A DNA stretch of 64,000 nucleotides from Strigamia acuminata (GCA_949358305.1 OX442314.1:6386001-6450000); one strand, 5' to 3'. Shown: positions 1 to 12,484, counted from the stretch's first letter. A program made the numbers and translations. The notes: generated by a model from the letters alone, not told the origin.

Positions 1-2509
1 AATTTTTTTTATCATTTTTTAAATATTTTATCAATTATATAAACACTTATCAATTTGAAACTTAATACAGTACAATATACATAATAAAGTGTATATAACA
101 TTACTTTAAAACTTGAAAATAGACTTTTCTTTAATGCTAATATAAAATAATTAATAATAATAATAAATTCAACTTAAACTGTACAAAAAAATAAAGAAAT
201 AAAAAAAAAAAATTTTACTTTGAACTTTAGATTTTTCACTTTTTCTTTCCTGATTCACTCAACCTGCAATTCCATCACCAAAAATACTTCCAACTCTATA
301 ATAAACAAGCAAATTGCAGCACAAATCTCCCGGTAGTTTTACACATAATCCGATTATTAAAAAAAAGAAGGTACGGTGACACAACTTGTGACCCAGTCAT
401 AACAAATTTCTACTGGGTCTTTGAATTTTCACAGGTTTTGATTCATCAAATTCTACAGCCAATCAAAATGGTTTCCTTTCCTATTGGAATGACATTACAA
501 TCAAACCCAGAGCAATGGCCTAACCCAGGGCAGCAGTTTTATAGGAATAACTAATTTCCCCTTCTTTGCGGAACCTTATGCAAAAGTCGTAGTCGGCACG
601 TATAACGGCAGTGGCGTGTTTACCCCTGTTTTTGCCCCTGTGCACTCTGGGATATCATAGACTAACATTTTTGGTTTCGGTAGCCAAAAAAGTTTCAGAA
701 AAGGGGTCACACTTGGGTCCCGTCTTTCCAAAATCCAGCCACAGATGTCGCTGGCCCTTCTACAGCCCTTTTCAAGGGCCGTAATCGGGGATCGACAAAT
801 GCCCAGTCGCCTGAACTTCTTAGCCCGTATTTGCAAAATAGACACGCTGACTCCTGAATTGTTTTTAGTTTTGTCAACCGTTAAATCCACTCCTGATTGG
901 ACGCCATCTTCAGTCCGAACCACACAGATTACGCCGTATGTTAAATCATACGCGGTTAAACAGCTTTTATACCAGGCTGAAAGACTTCGATTGCGGCTAG
1001 TGTGCCTTTTGGTCGTGTCAAGTTTAATGAGGGTAAAATACATAGAAAATTGTGACTGTTAGTATACATTGATGGTTTTCCAGCATTTTGAATCGACTAA
1101 AGAATAATGTCAGGACTTTTGTTGGGAGAATATTTGCACACATTCCACCTCCTTTTCCACATAAAGCTAACCCTAACCATTTAAAAAGTCAATTGATGAG
1201 CATTATGTCACCACCCCTTCAACTAGGGCCCCTCAAGTCCCTGAAAACAATATTATGCTAAGATTTCAAATCAAAACCAAACTCCCAATCACATCAATAA
1301 ATAAATTACATCAACTTTTCTGTGCCTAAGCTTTCAAGCATTGGTAAGAAAGCCGATATCACAATGGCACATCCTCATCCTAGTAATGATTGTCAAGTAT
1401 GGGTCACTAACTTGTCAAAATATAACCTTTAAGTTGCCCATGGGTCATCCCAAGCAGCCCTATAGACCCATTTAATGGGAAATACATCACGGGATGTCGC
1501 GGCTTTTCGACACAGCCAATTTTGCATTTACACCGAGAACTGGGAAAACCAGATTTTGTTGATTTCCATTTAACTTTTTGTCAAGGATGTCACCTTACCT
1601 TTATAAAAACTCCGTCAAAACAAAACCACGATAACAACTACATATACAAATTTAACAAAATAAAATAAAGAGACAAATTATACACAGCAAACATTATTTA
1701 CCTGAGTACCTGAGTTCAAAATCTTCAAAAATGCTAAATGTAATATTTTTAAAAATTCAATACTGACACTGGTCTTTTGAAAAAAAACTAAAACACACAA
1801 ATATTCATACTAAAAAAAAAATAATAATAAAAAATAATCATTTTCCTATTGGTCTAGAACAATAACTGTCTTTTAAACATGTCTACAAATGAAATTTCAA
1901 ACTACCAGAAGACTCCCACTGCACTTTATGTCTTGTAGAATTTGTTACTAGTATCAACAGATTTTTAGTGGAGATTTTTTTTTGGATTAAAAAAATTCCA
2001 TCACTGGGTGGTATACACAAAGAAACAACTCAGTACTTTGTTTACAGTTCCTTTGGTGTGATGTGGAGAGAATGCAATACACATTTCAACATTAGTCTAC
2101 TAAATTAATACAATTACTGAATACAATTAGTCACAAAAATGACAGGGGGAAGATCATAATAATAATTAAAAAGTGTGTCATTGTCCTCTTCCTTTGATTA
2201 AAAAGTCTTCAGTGTCTCTGGAGTTGTACTTTCTTGATTTGGCCTTGATAAAATATCTATAATGAAATCATCAAATGTAGTTAGTGTTTTATCTGGGTTT
2301 AGTTGGGTTCAAAAATGTGATTAAATGTGGATTGGAGATTTCATACCAATGTGTACCGGTAAGTTAATTTTATAATGGCTGGGTGTATTAAAAATTGCAT
2401 GACTTCTTCCATTTTAACAAACTCTGCATTTTCACAAAATTTTGCCAAAAATATATAAAATATGTCAAATTAATCAAATATCTGTACAATTTTGGCGAGA
2501 ATTTTCAAA

Positions 2510-2985
2510 AACTTCTCAAATTTTGTCAAATTTGGTCAAAAATTCTTCAAATTTTGTTAAATTTGGTCAAAAATTCTTCAAATTTTGTTAAATTTGATCA
2601 AAAATTCTTCAAATTTTGTGAAATTCGGTCAAAATTCTTCAAATTTAGTCAAATTTGGTCAAAAATTCTTCAAATTTTGTCAAATTTGGTCAAAAATTCT
2701 TCAAATTTTGTTAAATTTGATCAAAAATTCTTCAAATTTTGTCAAATTTGGTCAAAAATTCTTCAAATTTTGTTAAATTTGGTCAAAAATTCTTCAAATT
2801 TTGTTAAATTTGATCAAAAATTCTTCAAATTTTGTGAAATTCGGTCAAAATTCTTCAAATTTTGTCAAATTTGGTCAAAAATTCTTCAAATTTTGTCAAA
2901 TTTGGTCAAAAATTCTTCAAATGTGGTCAAATTTGGTCAAAAATTCTTCAAACTTCGCCAGAATTTGTCTAAAATTTCTCAAATT
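2510..2985. repeat. Tandem array, ~31 bp unit AAATTTGGTCAAAAATTCTTCAAATTTTGTY
   Basis: Directly visible, about 15 copies. Confidence 0.9.
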
Positions 2986-4138
2986 TTGTCCCAACTTATC
3001 AAAAATTTATATACAGCCAGAAAGTTATCACATTTACAGTATCTGTCACCCCAGAACAATCAAAATATTTTTCCCACATTCAGCACACTCTGAATTGGGG
3101 TCACCATGATCATTTGCACATAAACACTTTATTCTATTAAAGGGGAGATCAGAAAAGCATGGAAACGTCATTAAAGGCTCATGGATGCGCAGATTCAACG
3201 GCGCTGTTTGGCTTTTCTTACGCCCTAGTGTGGATACTTTCACAGCACAAAAGATGCCGATTAGACGCAAACATGGAAATCCAATATCTTATTTCTTTTT
3301 ATTTCCTGTGCTTTTCGTGCCATTTGTTAGGACTGGGTGTGTCAAAACACATGCTATTAAATCCTCTGTGGATGCATGCGCAGTGACATCCCCATGTTTG
3401 CACCTTTTTAAGCATATAACCACTTCTTTTTTTTTCTGATTCCCTAAAGTTTGGTTCAGCCAAGCTTGACAAGATATTAAAACCCAACTACGGCCAACAA
3501 CTAAATTCAAAGACCAATTATTGCTAAAAACATCGATTTCAATTTCAGCCCATATGGTTCAATTAATGCCCAACTAATGCATTCCAAAATGCATAAAATA
3601 TATATATTTTTCGTGCATTAAATAATGCAGTTAAGAACTGCATTACATAATAGATTTTAGAACACATTTTCATATTTAATAATTAATAATATTGTATTGT
3701 AAAATTTAATGCATTTCAAAATACATTATAATGCATTTCTCTGTATTTTTGAACCATATGGAAGTGCACACATCTAAAATATGAATAATTAACGGTTGAT
3801 CAATGACATTTATGGTGCTAATCATCTAACAAATACAAAACAAATGCTGTATTACCAATTATCCAATCCTATCCGAAAAAATGGTGACCCATCCAATCCT
3901 ATCCTCATTCAATTCAAACCGAGTGCAGATTGCGGATAGGATTGAGTCCCAAACGTCCAAACGTCTCAAACTGATAAATTAAGTACAAAACTGACCAAAA
4001 AACTTTCGTTACACTTGCGATTCGCTATAACAAGGCTCAACGATACCAGCCACCACTGACAATAATCGCAAAATAAAAAGAAACCACTTGTGTTGTATTT
4101 GTTACATATTTAGCGCCATTAATGCCATCAATCACCCT

Positions 4139-6757
4139 TCAACCCGTTATATCTTTACCAGAAGTGTCAATACTTGGAAGACTGTCGTTCAAATCTTCAA
4201 TCAGTTGAAACAAATCACCAGGACCAATAGATCGGCATTGCGGATTCACTCTGATGTGTGCAGAACTATCGCACGACAAGTCCAGAGTCCCACTGCCAAC
4301 CAGGCGCTGCCGGACCGGCGAAACGTTAACTCCCGCTATATCACTATGAATGAACGCAACAGTCGCCGTCAACCTTTGGTTTGACTCCTCTTCGTATTTC
4401 TTGGCCACTTGAGCCAAACTCTCCTCTTGCACTAAACCCCCCAAATGGCACGCACTTTGGCATTCCTCGTCCACCCGAGGGAACACACCGAGCCCCGCAT
4501 TCTCATCTCCCTCCCTTATTTGCACCGAAAGCCTCATGACGGCACCACCACACGCATTACCGTTCTCATCCGCCTCGTCCACATTGTCTTTGGTCCCTGT
4601 CACAGCACCATCACCGGTCCCTTTCACGGCACCATCACCGGTCCCTGTCACGGCACCATCACCCGTGTCTTTCACCTCTTCCCGCCTTTCATCCTCCTCT
4701 TTATTATTGCACACATTCTTGTGTAACTCCATCAACTGCTTCTGAATCAGTTCGTCCACCATCGTGCTTGTCCTCCTACACCCATATTGCTTTCCGCACG
4801 TCGGAGCACTGCCCGCGGTGCCCGGAAAACTCCCGGTCGACGCTCTTCGCCCAATCATCACCTTCGCCTCCTCCAACGACGTCTTCAACTCTTCTATTTG
4901 GCGTCTTCTCTCCATATCACACTTTTCCTCTTCTTCGCGCTCCACGACCGACATTTCCACGTCCAAACCGCTTCTCAGAACCTCTTTGGGCTCCCCGAAA
5001 CAACCAATATCCTTGACCAAGCGCGGCGACACGCTCCCGCTCGGCACCCCTCCGCCGAACAAGCGCACGCAAGAGGGCTCCGCCAACTTAATGTCGCGCA
5101 TCTTGGTCGGCGTGGTGGCGGAGCTTCCGCACTGCATCTCGTCGTCTTCCTCCGTCTTCTTCTTCTTGCGGATCGGTATGGAAAAGCCTGCGGGAGACAC
5201 CAGCTTCAACCCTCCGGCCTGAGGCAGCTGCAGTTCCAAAGCGCCCGCAGGAATATTAGCCTGGAGGTTTCCGTCCTCGAAGCCGTTCTGCGAAGTCCTG
5301 GGGCTCAGCGCCCGCTTGTTCGTGCCTTGGGGCGAATCCCCAGTCGTTGTAGAAGAACTGTTCAGACTCATCGCGCAGGCGCCGATGGGAGAGCACGGCG
5401 GAGCCAAGGTACCCAAGTACGGCGTCTCGAGCGAAGCCATCGAGCTTGGGTAGGACATGGAGCTGCTGGCACTGCTCAGTTCCGAGTCCGGCGTGGCGAC
5501 TCCGCTGTCCAGGGACACCGCGCTGCACAGCTCCGACTCGGTGGTCACCTCGCTCGTCGGCGAAACCAAAATGGGTGCTGAAGAGACGGGCCATCGCTCG
5601 CCGGCCCTCTCGGACGACGGCGTGCCGCTCGCGGTCACCTCGCTCGGGTCCTTGTACTCCTCCACCGTCGAGATGCTCGGGTTCGGCGTGGGCGAAGTGA
5701 GCGGCGTCACGTTCGAGTAGGACGACAGGCTCGGACACGACTCCGACGTCGGCGACGACCCTCCGGACAACAGCCCGTCGCTCAGCGAGTCCATCCACGA
5801 CTCCGACCCGCACGATATGCGCAGTTCCGACAGATCGCCCGTGTCGTCTTCGGACCACGACGTCATGTCGTCGCTCCGCTCGTCCGGCGTGTTGGGCGGA
5901 ACCTCGCACACCGTCCCGCTGTTGTCGCTGACCGCCGGCGAGGGCGGCGGAGCCGAGACGCCGCTCGGCAAAACCTCCGGAAACAAACTGCGGACCGTCT
6001 TCCCCAAGTGATCGGTCACGCCGAAAGGGCGCAAACACGATCCGTCCGACCGGGCCAGACTCGAGGAACTGTTCCACGTCTTCAGAGCCCGCTTCTTCAA
6101 CGGGTCGACCAGCAAACTGGGTTTGGACGTCGGCATCTTGATCGGCGCCGAGCTGCTCAGGTACGAAGTGAAACTGCTGCCGACACCGAAGCCGTTGCGG
6201 AAAGGAGAGGAGAGCGGACTGCCCATGGGAGACGAGAGCGGGGAAGGAAAAGGCGAACAACCGGGCGAAGCGAAAGGAGTGTGGCCGGGAGAAGGCACGG
6301 GAGACGGCAGCGGGGTGCTTCCGGCCGACGAAACGAAGGAATCCGAGTCCGCCGACACGCGGCTCACGCGGAACCGGCTTTTGGGCGGACTGGGACAGAC
6401 GGCCGGTGGACTGAGGAGACCGGGGTTGATGGGGGAGAGGTTGGGGGAGGAGGACGGCGTCAGGACGAGGGAGACAGAGGGTTCGTGTTCGGGTAGGACG
6501 ATGACCGGTGTCGGCGAAGTCGGTTGTCCGTTGTATGTTGCTGTTGGTTTTGACAAAGTTTTTATTTTGGGCACCTGGTCGAACAGGCTTAAAAGGCGGC
6601 AGACGGATTCGCTGAGTATTTCCGTCTGCTCGCCGTCTTCCGGCTCGTTTGCAGACTCCTGTTCGGCCTTCAGTCGCGCCAGCTCCTGGTTATTGCGCTC
6701 GCAGCACTCCATGATCTCCAAAAGCAGTTTCTGATGTTGGTCTTGCGAGTCTTTATT
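4139..6757 (-). CDS. PPP1R37: PPP1R37 exon 12 (terminal; coiled-coil then long Ser/Pro-rich disordered tail)
   Basis: Acceptor tctag| at 6758, phase 0, reads NKDSQDQHQKLLLEIMECCERN... in frame with the 860 aa ORF to the stop at 4139; GC-rich coding composition. Confidence 0.88.
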   Translation of the reverse strand, partial: NKDSQDQHQKLLLEIMECCERNNQELARLKAEQESANEPEDGEQTEILSESVCRLLSLFDQVPKIKTLSKPTATYNGQPTSPTPVIVLPEHEPSVSLVLTPSSSPNLSPINPGLLSPPAVCPSPPKSRFRVSRVSADSDSFVSSAGSTPLPSPVPSPGHTPFASPGCSPFPSPLSSPMGSPLSSPFRNGFGVGSSFTSYLSSSAPIKMPTSKPSLLVDPLKKRALKTWNSSSSLARSDGSCLRPFGVTDHLGKTVRSLFPEVLPSGVSAPPPSPAVSDNSGTVCEVPPNTPDERSDDMTSWSEDDTGDLSELRISCGSESWMDSLSDGLLSGGSSPTSESCPSLSSYSNVTPLTSPTPNPSISTVEEYKDPSEVTASGTPSSERAGERWPVSSAPILVSPTSEVTTESELCSAVSLDSGVATPDSELSSASSSMSYPSSMASLETPYLGTLAPPCSPIGACAMSLNSSSTTTGDSPQGTNKRALSPRTSQNGFEDGNLQANIPAGALELQLPQAGGLKLVSPAGFSIPIRKKKKTEEDDEMQCGSSATTPTKMRDIKLAEPSCVRLFGGGVPSGSVSPRLVKDIGCFGEPKEVLRSGLDVEMSVVEREEEEKCDMERRRQIEELKTSLEEAKVMIGRRASTGSFPGTAGSAPTCGKQYGCRRTSTMVDELIQKQLMELHKNVCNNKEEDERREEVKDTGDGAVTGTGDGAVKGTGDGAVTGTKDNVDEADENGNACGGAVMRLSVQIREGDENAGLGVFPRVDEECQSACHLGGLVQEESLAQVAKKYEEESNQRLTATVAFIHSDIAGVNVSPVRQRLVGSGTLDLSCDSSAHIRVNPQCRSIGPGDLFQLIEDLNDSLPSIDTSGKDITG
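4593..4667 (-). repeat. In-frame coding minisatellite, 24 bp x3 (TGDGAV[T/K]G)
   Basis: gtccctgtcacagcaccatcaccg-like unit repeated three times inside PPP1R37 exon 12. Confidence 0.85.
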
Positions 6758-6836
6758 CTAGATCCGAATTAAATACACTTAGATCACAATTTTCTATACG
6801 ATGTTCGCAAAAACTTGCAACAAACTCCCAAGGATA

Positions 6837-7003
6837 CCGTACGACCCCGCTTATTGCCGCACGCCGTTGGGCATGGGTTTATCGTATGGTAACCCAGTTG
6901 GTACACCATACAGACAATAATTGTAAACTAAAATAAAACGAGGATAAACGGAGAACAAATTGCTTTAAATCCAACAAGTGCGGCAATAAGCGCGGTAATA
7001 CGG
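6837..7003. mobile_element. Tc1/mariner-pogo-type MITE
   Basis: TIRs ccgtacgaccccgcttattgccgcac / gtgcggcaataagcgcggtaatacgg flanked by TA. Confidence 0.75.
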
Positions 7004-7070
7004 TACAAATAACTGATGGAAGTTTGTCACAAGTTTTTGTAAACAGTACGGGAATTATTTATTTTCTTAC

Positions 7071-7237
7071 AGATTCTTTCTTCGGGTCCTTGTCGAGATC
7101 AAGTCTCGTGATGCTACGATTGACCCTCATGGAGAGGGATAGTGCCAAGAGACCGGCTATTTTGATGTTATTTTCTCGTAGGTCTACCAGTTGAATGGAT
7201 GGATTTTCGGCTATGTACTCGGCTATGGCTACGGCAC
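7071..7237 (-). CDS. PPP1R37: PPP1R37 exon 11 (LRR)
   Basis: ttccag|...|gtaaga; GAVAIAEYIAENPSIQLVDLRENNIKIAGLLALSLSMRVNRSITRLDLDKDPKKES. Confidence 0.92.
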
Positions 7238-7300
7238 CTGGAATTTTGTTTCATTTTTATTTTCTGGTTTATCTTTGTATTTTGGGTAGAGTTTATATAC

Positions 7301-7442
7301 CTTCGCATGTCAGTTTGGTTTGCTGTAAACCGAAGTTAGTTAACGTTCTATTCTTCATCAACGCTTCTTTGAGGTGGAATACACCCTCGTTTGTTATGTT
7401 GTTATTGCTAATGTTCAAAGTCAGCAAACTCCTGCATTTTAC
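7301..7442 (-). CDS. PPP1R37: PPP1R37 exon 10 (LRR)
   Basis: ctgtag|...|gtatat; VKCRSLLTLNISNNNITNEGVFHLKEALMKNRTLTNFGLQQTKLTCE. Confidence 0.92.
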
Positions 7443-7669
7443 CTACAGGAAATAATTTAAAAAAAAAATCGGTTTTAATAAATGCACTTTTTGAGCATAA
7501 AAATAGACCTCGCGTGAATTAGATGCACTTTTTTGTATACACAGTGTATTTGTGACGTAAATATACAATTTTTACACCCAAACGGAAGCAAACATTTTGT
7601 TTTTAGCATAAATATAGACCGTTTATTTATATAAATACAATTTTAATCATAATGGGACCTATTTATACG

Positions 7670-7860
7670 GAAAAATGACTTTTTAAATTAAAAAAAAAGA
7701 CTTTTTAAATGCAAAAATGACGTTTTAAATGCAAAAATGACTTTTTAAATGCAAAAATGACTTTTTAAAAGCAAAAATGACTTTTTAAATTCAAATTTAA
7801 CCTTTTTAAATGCATAATTGACCTTTTCAAATGCAAAAGTAACTTTTGATATTCAAAAAC
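7670..7860. repeat. Tandem array, 20 bp unit TTTTTAAATGCAAAAATGAC
   Basis: Visible, degrading at both ends. Confidence 0.75.
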
Positions 7861-8058
7861 CGACCTATCGTTCAAAATAAAACACTTTGGATGCAGAAAC
7901 TGACCTACTTCCATCCAAAATTGGAACTTTACAGATAAAAACCGCACTCTAGGATGCAAAAATGGAACTTTTCAAGAAAAAACTGCACTTTAGGATGCAA
8001 AAATTGACCTTTTTAGGCGCTTAAAGTGCAATAATGACTTTTCAAAAAGACATTTTAC

Positions 8059-8190
8059 CACAACTTTAGCGAGATGAGCGGTTGAACAATGCGTCAACTG
8101 ATTGGACGATAAAATGAGGGTTTCCAATCCTTCACCCGGTCCTATCGATTGGTCGTTCAAACCATCCACAATATGGGCAATCCCAGAATC
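8059..8190 (-). CDS. PPP1R37: PPP1R37 exon 9 (LRR)
   Basis: tttag|...|gtaaaa; DSGIAHIVDGLNDQSIGPGEGLETLILSSNQLTHCSTAHLAKVV. Confidence 0.9.
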
Positions 8191-8196
8191 CTAAAA

Positions 8197-8237
<41 letters not shown>

Positions 8238-8273
8238 ATTTTTTTTTAAATTAATTTTTATATTTTTTTATAC

Positions 8274-8419
8274 CAAAACGTGATTGCAGCGTAAGTCCAG
8301 ATGTTTCAGTCTGGAGTTAGACCGGAGCAAGTTCCCGATCTGGATCGCGTCCGTCGAATTAAGTTTGTTGTCCGCCAAATACAATTCGCTCAGCGTCGAA
8401 TTCACCTTCAGCGCGTTCA
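8274..8419 (-). CDS. PPP1R37: PPP1R37 exon 8 (LRR)
   Basis: ccacag|...|gtataa; MNALKVNSTLSELYLADNKLNSTDAIQIGNLLRSNSRLKHLDLRCNHVL. Confidence 0.92.
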
Positions 8420-8495
8420 CTGTGGAGTTAGGAGCAATTACATTCCGTTAATATTAGTCGTGTTGACGACGGCGGGTCATGTGACTAGTTATTAC

Positions 8496-8646
8496 TTAGC
8501 ACCGTGCAGCTCCTGCCCGAGATATTGCAATTCTCCAGGTGGAGCGTCGTCAGGTTGGACCCGGCTCGCAGGGTGCGACACAGCAGCTGCATTATGTGTT
8601 CGTTCAGTTGCGTGCTCCGGGCATCCAGTGATTCCAAAGTCGGAGT
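8496..8646 (-). CDS. PPP1R37: PPP1R37 exon 7 (LRR)
   Basis: tttcag|...|gtaata; TPTLESLDARSTQLNEHIMQLLCRTLRAGSNLTTLHLENCNISGRSCTVL. Confidence 0.92.
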
Positions 8647-8719
8647 CTGAAAAGTTAATTCAAATTTGTGAGAAATAAAAAAATTAATAAAAACGGCCAT
8701 TTTGGTTAAATATTCGATG

Positions 8720-9475
8720 TTAAATAGTTTTAATCGATAAATATACGATATTCCGTGTAATTAATCCATAAATACTCGATATTCCGTGTTTTTAATAAAA
8801 AAAATAATCGCTATTTAGTGTTTTTAATGAGTAAACATTCAATATTCCTTGTTTTTAATGAGAAAATACTCGACATTCCCTGTTTTTAATGCATAAATAT
8901 TCGATATTCCGTGTTTTTAATAAGAAAATATTCGATATTCCGTGATTTTAATAAGAAAATACTCGATATTCCTTGTTTTTAATGCATAAATATTCGATAT
9001 TCCCGGTTTTTAATGCATAAATATTCGATATTCCTTGTTTTTAATAAGAAAATATTCGATATTCCCTGTTTTTAATGAGAAAATACTCGATATTCCTTGT
9101 TTTTAATGCATAAATATTCGATATTCCCGGTTTTTAATGCATAAATATTCGATATTCCCTGTTTTTACTGAGAAAATACTCGATATTCCCTGCTTTTAAA
9201 TGAGAAAATACTCGATATTCACTGATTTTAATGAGAAAATACTCGATATTCCCTGCATTTAAATGAGAAAATACTCGATATTCCCTGTTTTTAATGAGAA
9301 AATACTCGATATTCCCTGTTTTTAATAAGAAAATACTCGATATTCCCTGTTTTTAATGAGAAAATACTCGATATTCCTTGTTTTTAATGCATAAATATTC
9401 GGTATTCCCTATTTTTAATGGATAAATATTCGATATTCCCTGTTTTCAATGCATAAATATTTGACATTTCATATT
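8720..9475. repeat. Tandem array, ~31 bp unit AAATACTCGATATTCCCTGTTTTTAATGAGA
   Basis: Visible, more than 20 copies. Confidence 0.9.
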
Positions 9476-10154
9476 TTTATTCCCAAAACACTCCTTATCC
9501 AGTGTTTCAAGTGATTAAACATAAAATTTTCACCGTTTCCATTCCCACCAACCACTTTTTTTTAACGACCACACTTTCTAGGTCAACCATATCCCATCAA
9601 GAATTAAGCCACACAAAAGGAAATGTTCATTTACACTCCGTGACGTCCATCATTTTCACATCAACTCCAAACGCTAACGAACCACCGATAACTGACACCT
9701 CCAAAAAAAAAAAAAAATTAAAAAATACAAAACAAATTTAATTTAATTCGATCATTTAGAAACGACAAGCGATAAACTCGATGAGTCGAAATGAAATGAA
9801 ATGAAGGTCAGCGCCAATTTAAGCAGAAAATAAACACGTCCGCGTGACTCATACAAACGACGACAAAACAGCCGATAAAAATGGAATAAAATTACATAAA
9901 ATCAGCTCGCAAAAACTATTTATACATTTATCTATTTATTTATTTTGTTTCCACTGACTTTCCGTGACCTTCGCTGCTAATGTTTTGTCTTTTATGTTCC
10001 CGTTTTGAAAGTTTGATCCGTCGGTGTGTGGGCAATTTTCACCCATTGATTTCCTTCGGTGAATGTGGTGTATTGTGCAATGTTGGAAATCGCGCGATGC
10101 TGTGAGTGGTTTCAGGTGGGATGTTGTGAGTTTTGTTTGTTTATGCGGGTCGAT

Positions 10155-11290
10155 TTTTAGTCAAAATTTCATCATTTTTAGCCAAATTGTGTCATTTTTT
10201 AGCCGAATTTTATCATTTTTAGTCAAAATTTTATCATTTTTAGCCAAATTTAATCATTTTTAGTCTAAATTTCATCATTTTTAGTCAAAATGTCATTAAT
10301 TTTAATCAAATTTAATCAAAATTCTTATTTTTTAGTAAAAATTTCATCAATTTTAATCAAAAATATCATTTCTAGTCAAATTCCATCAATTTATAGTTTA
10401 CTTTCATCATTTTATAGTCAAAATTTCATCATTTTTAGCCAAATTTTACCATTTTTAGTCAAAATTTATCATTTTTAGTCAAATTCCATCAATTTATAGT
10501 TTACTTTCATCATTTTATAGTCAAAATTTCATCATTTTTAGCCAAATTTTACCATTTTTAGTCAAAATTTATCATTTTTAGTCAAATTCCATCAATTTAT
10601 AGTTTACTTTCATCATTTTATAGTCAAAATTTCATCATTTTTAGCCAAATTTTACCATTTTTAGTCAAAATTTATCATTTTTAGTCAAAATTTCATCATT
10701 TTTAGCTAAATTTTATCATTTTTAGTCAAAATTTCATCCTTTTTAGTCAAAATGTCATTAATTTCAATCAAATTTAATCAAAATTCTTATTTTTTAGTCA
10801 AAATTTCATCAATTTTAGCCAAATTTTATCATTTTTAGTCAAAATTTCATCCTTTTTAGTCAAAATGTCATTAATTTTAATCAAAAATATCATTTCTAGT
10901 CAATTTGTAGTTTACTTTCATCATTTTATAGTCAAAATTTCATCATTTTTGCCAAATTTTATCATTCTTAGTCAAAATTTCATCATTCTTAGTTAAAATT
11001 TCATCATTTTATAATAGTCAAATTTCATCATTTTATAGTCAAATTTCATCATTTTATAGTCAAATTTCATCATTTTATAGTCAAATTTCATCATTATTAC
11101 TATATTAGTCAAAATTTCATCAATTTTAGTTGAAACTTTCATTTCTACTCAAATTTCATCATTTTACAGTCCAATTTCATCATTTTACAGTCCAATTTCA
11201 ACATTTTATAGTCAAATTTCATCATTTTATAGTCATATTTCATCATTTTATAATCAAATTTCATCATTTTTAGTAAAAATTTCATTTGTT
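10155..11290. repeat. Tandem array, 20-22 bp unit TTTTAGTCAAAATTTCATCAT with higher-order duplications
   Basis: Visible. Confidence 0.9.
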
Positions 11291-11988
11291 TACTATCCAA
11301 ATTTCATTTTTTTAACCTAAATTCTATTGTTTCTTTTACCCAATTTCTTACATTTTTCTAACCCAATTTCAACCATTTTTAATCCAAACTCACTATTTGT
11401 TTACCCCAAATTTATTCTTTCCATCCCCAATTTCTAAAACCCTAACCCAAAATTCATCATTTCACAAACAAAATAAACCAAAACTCCATTCTCTTCCACA
11501 TTCCAAAATAATTTCACAACCGACAGTGACCTATTGCAACCACCAACCAACCACAACACTCCACAAACACACCATAAATGCCAAATTAAATCACACAAAT
11601 GTTATGAAAACTCCAAATTAAGAAGCGAAAGCCATCAACCACTTACACTGAAACCCAAATGCACTTTAAACATCCAAAAATCCCCCAAAATGGGTCAAAC
11701 ATTTACCTCAGCTATCACCACTGCATTCAAATTGGTTAAGCAAACACTTAATTGCTTTAAATGAACAAAAACAATAAAACAAGTGAAATAAATGACTCTT
11801 AATTAAAATATTACTACTAACGCCTAATCAAATTACCATATTAGCCCGCTTAAAGCCGCAATAAGTGAAATTACCAACTTTTGGAAATTTAACCACAAAC
11901 GCCGCTAACAACGGAGTTTACCGGCAGTCCGGTCAAACTCGCGCCGTAGCGGCATTCCGTTTAACCCTTCGATGCAAAAGGATTAAAC

Positions 11989-12445
11989 TAGGGTTTCGGT
12001 ATCAGCAAACCGGGGTACCGATTTCCCGGGAATCCCGGTTATAAATCACGGTACCGGGAACCGGAAAATTGGAGAAAAACCGGTTCCGTCAAAAATTCGT
12101 TGCTGAAACGTCATTTTCGTTATTCAAACGTTACATTTTATAACGTTTCACTGATGAAAATGGCTATTTTTAACGAAAAAATGGCTAAAAATGGCTAAAA
12201 ATGGCCATTTTTAACGAAAATGACTAAAACATATCCATTTTTGACGAAAAATGCCTATTTTTGACGAAAACGGCCATTCTTGATCAAAAACGACCATTTT
12301 TGACAGAAAACGGCCATTTTTTGTCATTTTTCGTCGCCTCTCGCCTGACTTTTTTTGGTCCCGGGAGTACCAATTTCTCGGGAGTACCGGCCATTTTGGT
12401 ACCGGAAACCGGGAATTTTAAAAAGGCGGGAAAACAGAAACCCTA
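11989..12445. mobile_element. hAT-type MITE
   Basis: TIRs tagggtttc / gaaacccta with perfect 8 bp TSD gattaaac (11981-11988, 12446-12453); subterminal ccgg/ggtacc motifs. Confidence 0.88.
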
Positions 12446-12484
12446 GATTAAACGTACAGTTTCTAGCGGAGTAATACGGTAATA

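Noticed and set aside
576..1062. Overlapping 155 aa (minus) and 105 aa (plus) ORFs
   Set aside because: No recognisable domain or splice context; likely chance ORFs in or beyond the PPP1R37 3' UTR. A BLASTX hit would overturn this.
2395..3093. 232 aa ORF and similar repeat ORFs (20982-21558, 40072-40746, 53220-53498, 61551-61824)
   Set aside because: Translations of tandem arrays that happen to lack stops; low complexity and open in several frames.
4445..6734. Multiple long alternative-frame and antisense ORFs
   Set aside because: Shadows of the GC-rich PPP1R37 terminal exon.
6759..6770. Partial matches to conserved miRNAs (miR-10-like TAGATCCGAATT here; miR-2 seed at 39783; miR-8 3' end at 58863)
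   Set aside because: Only 9-12 nt matches with no precursor hairpin.
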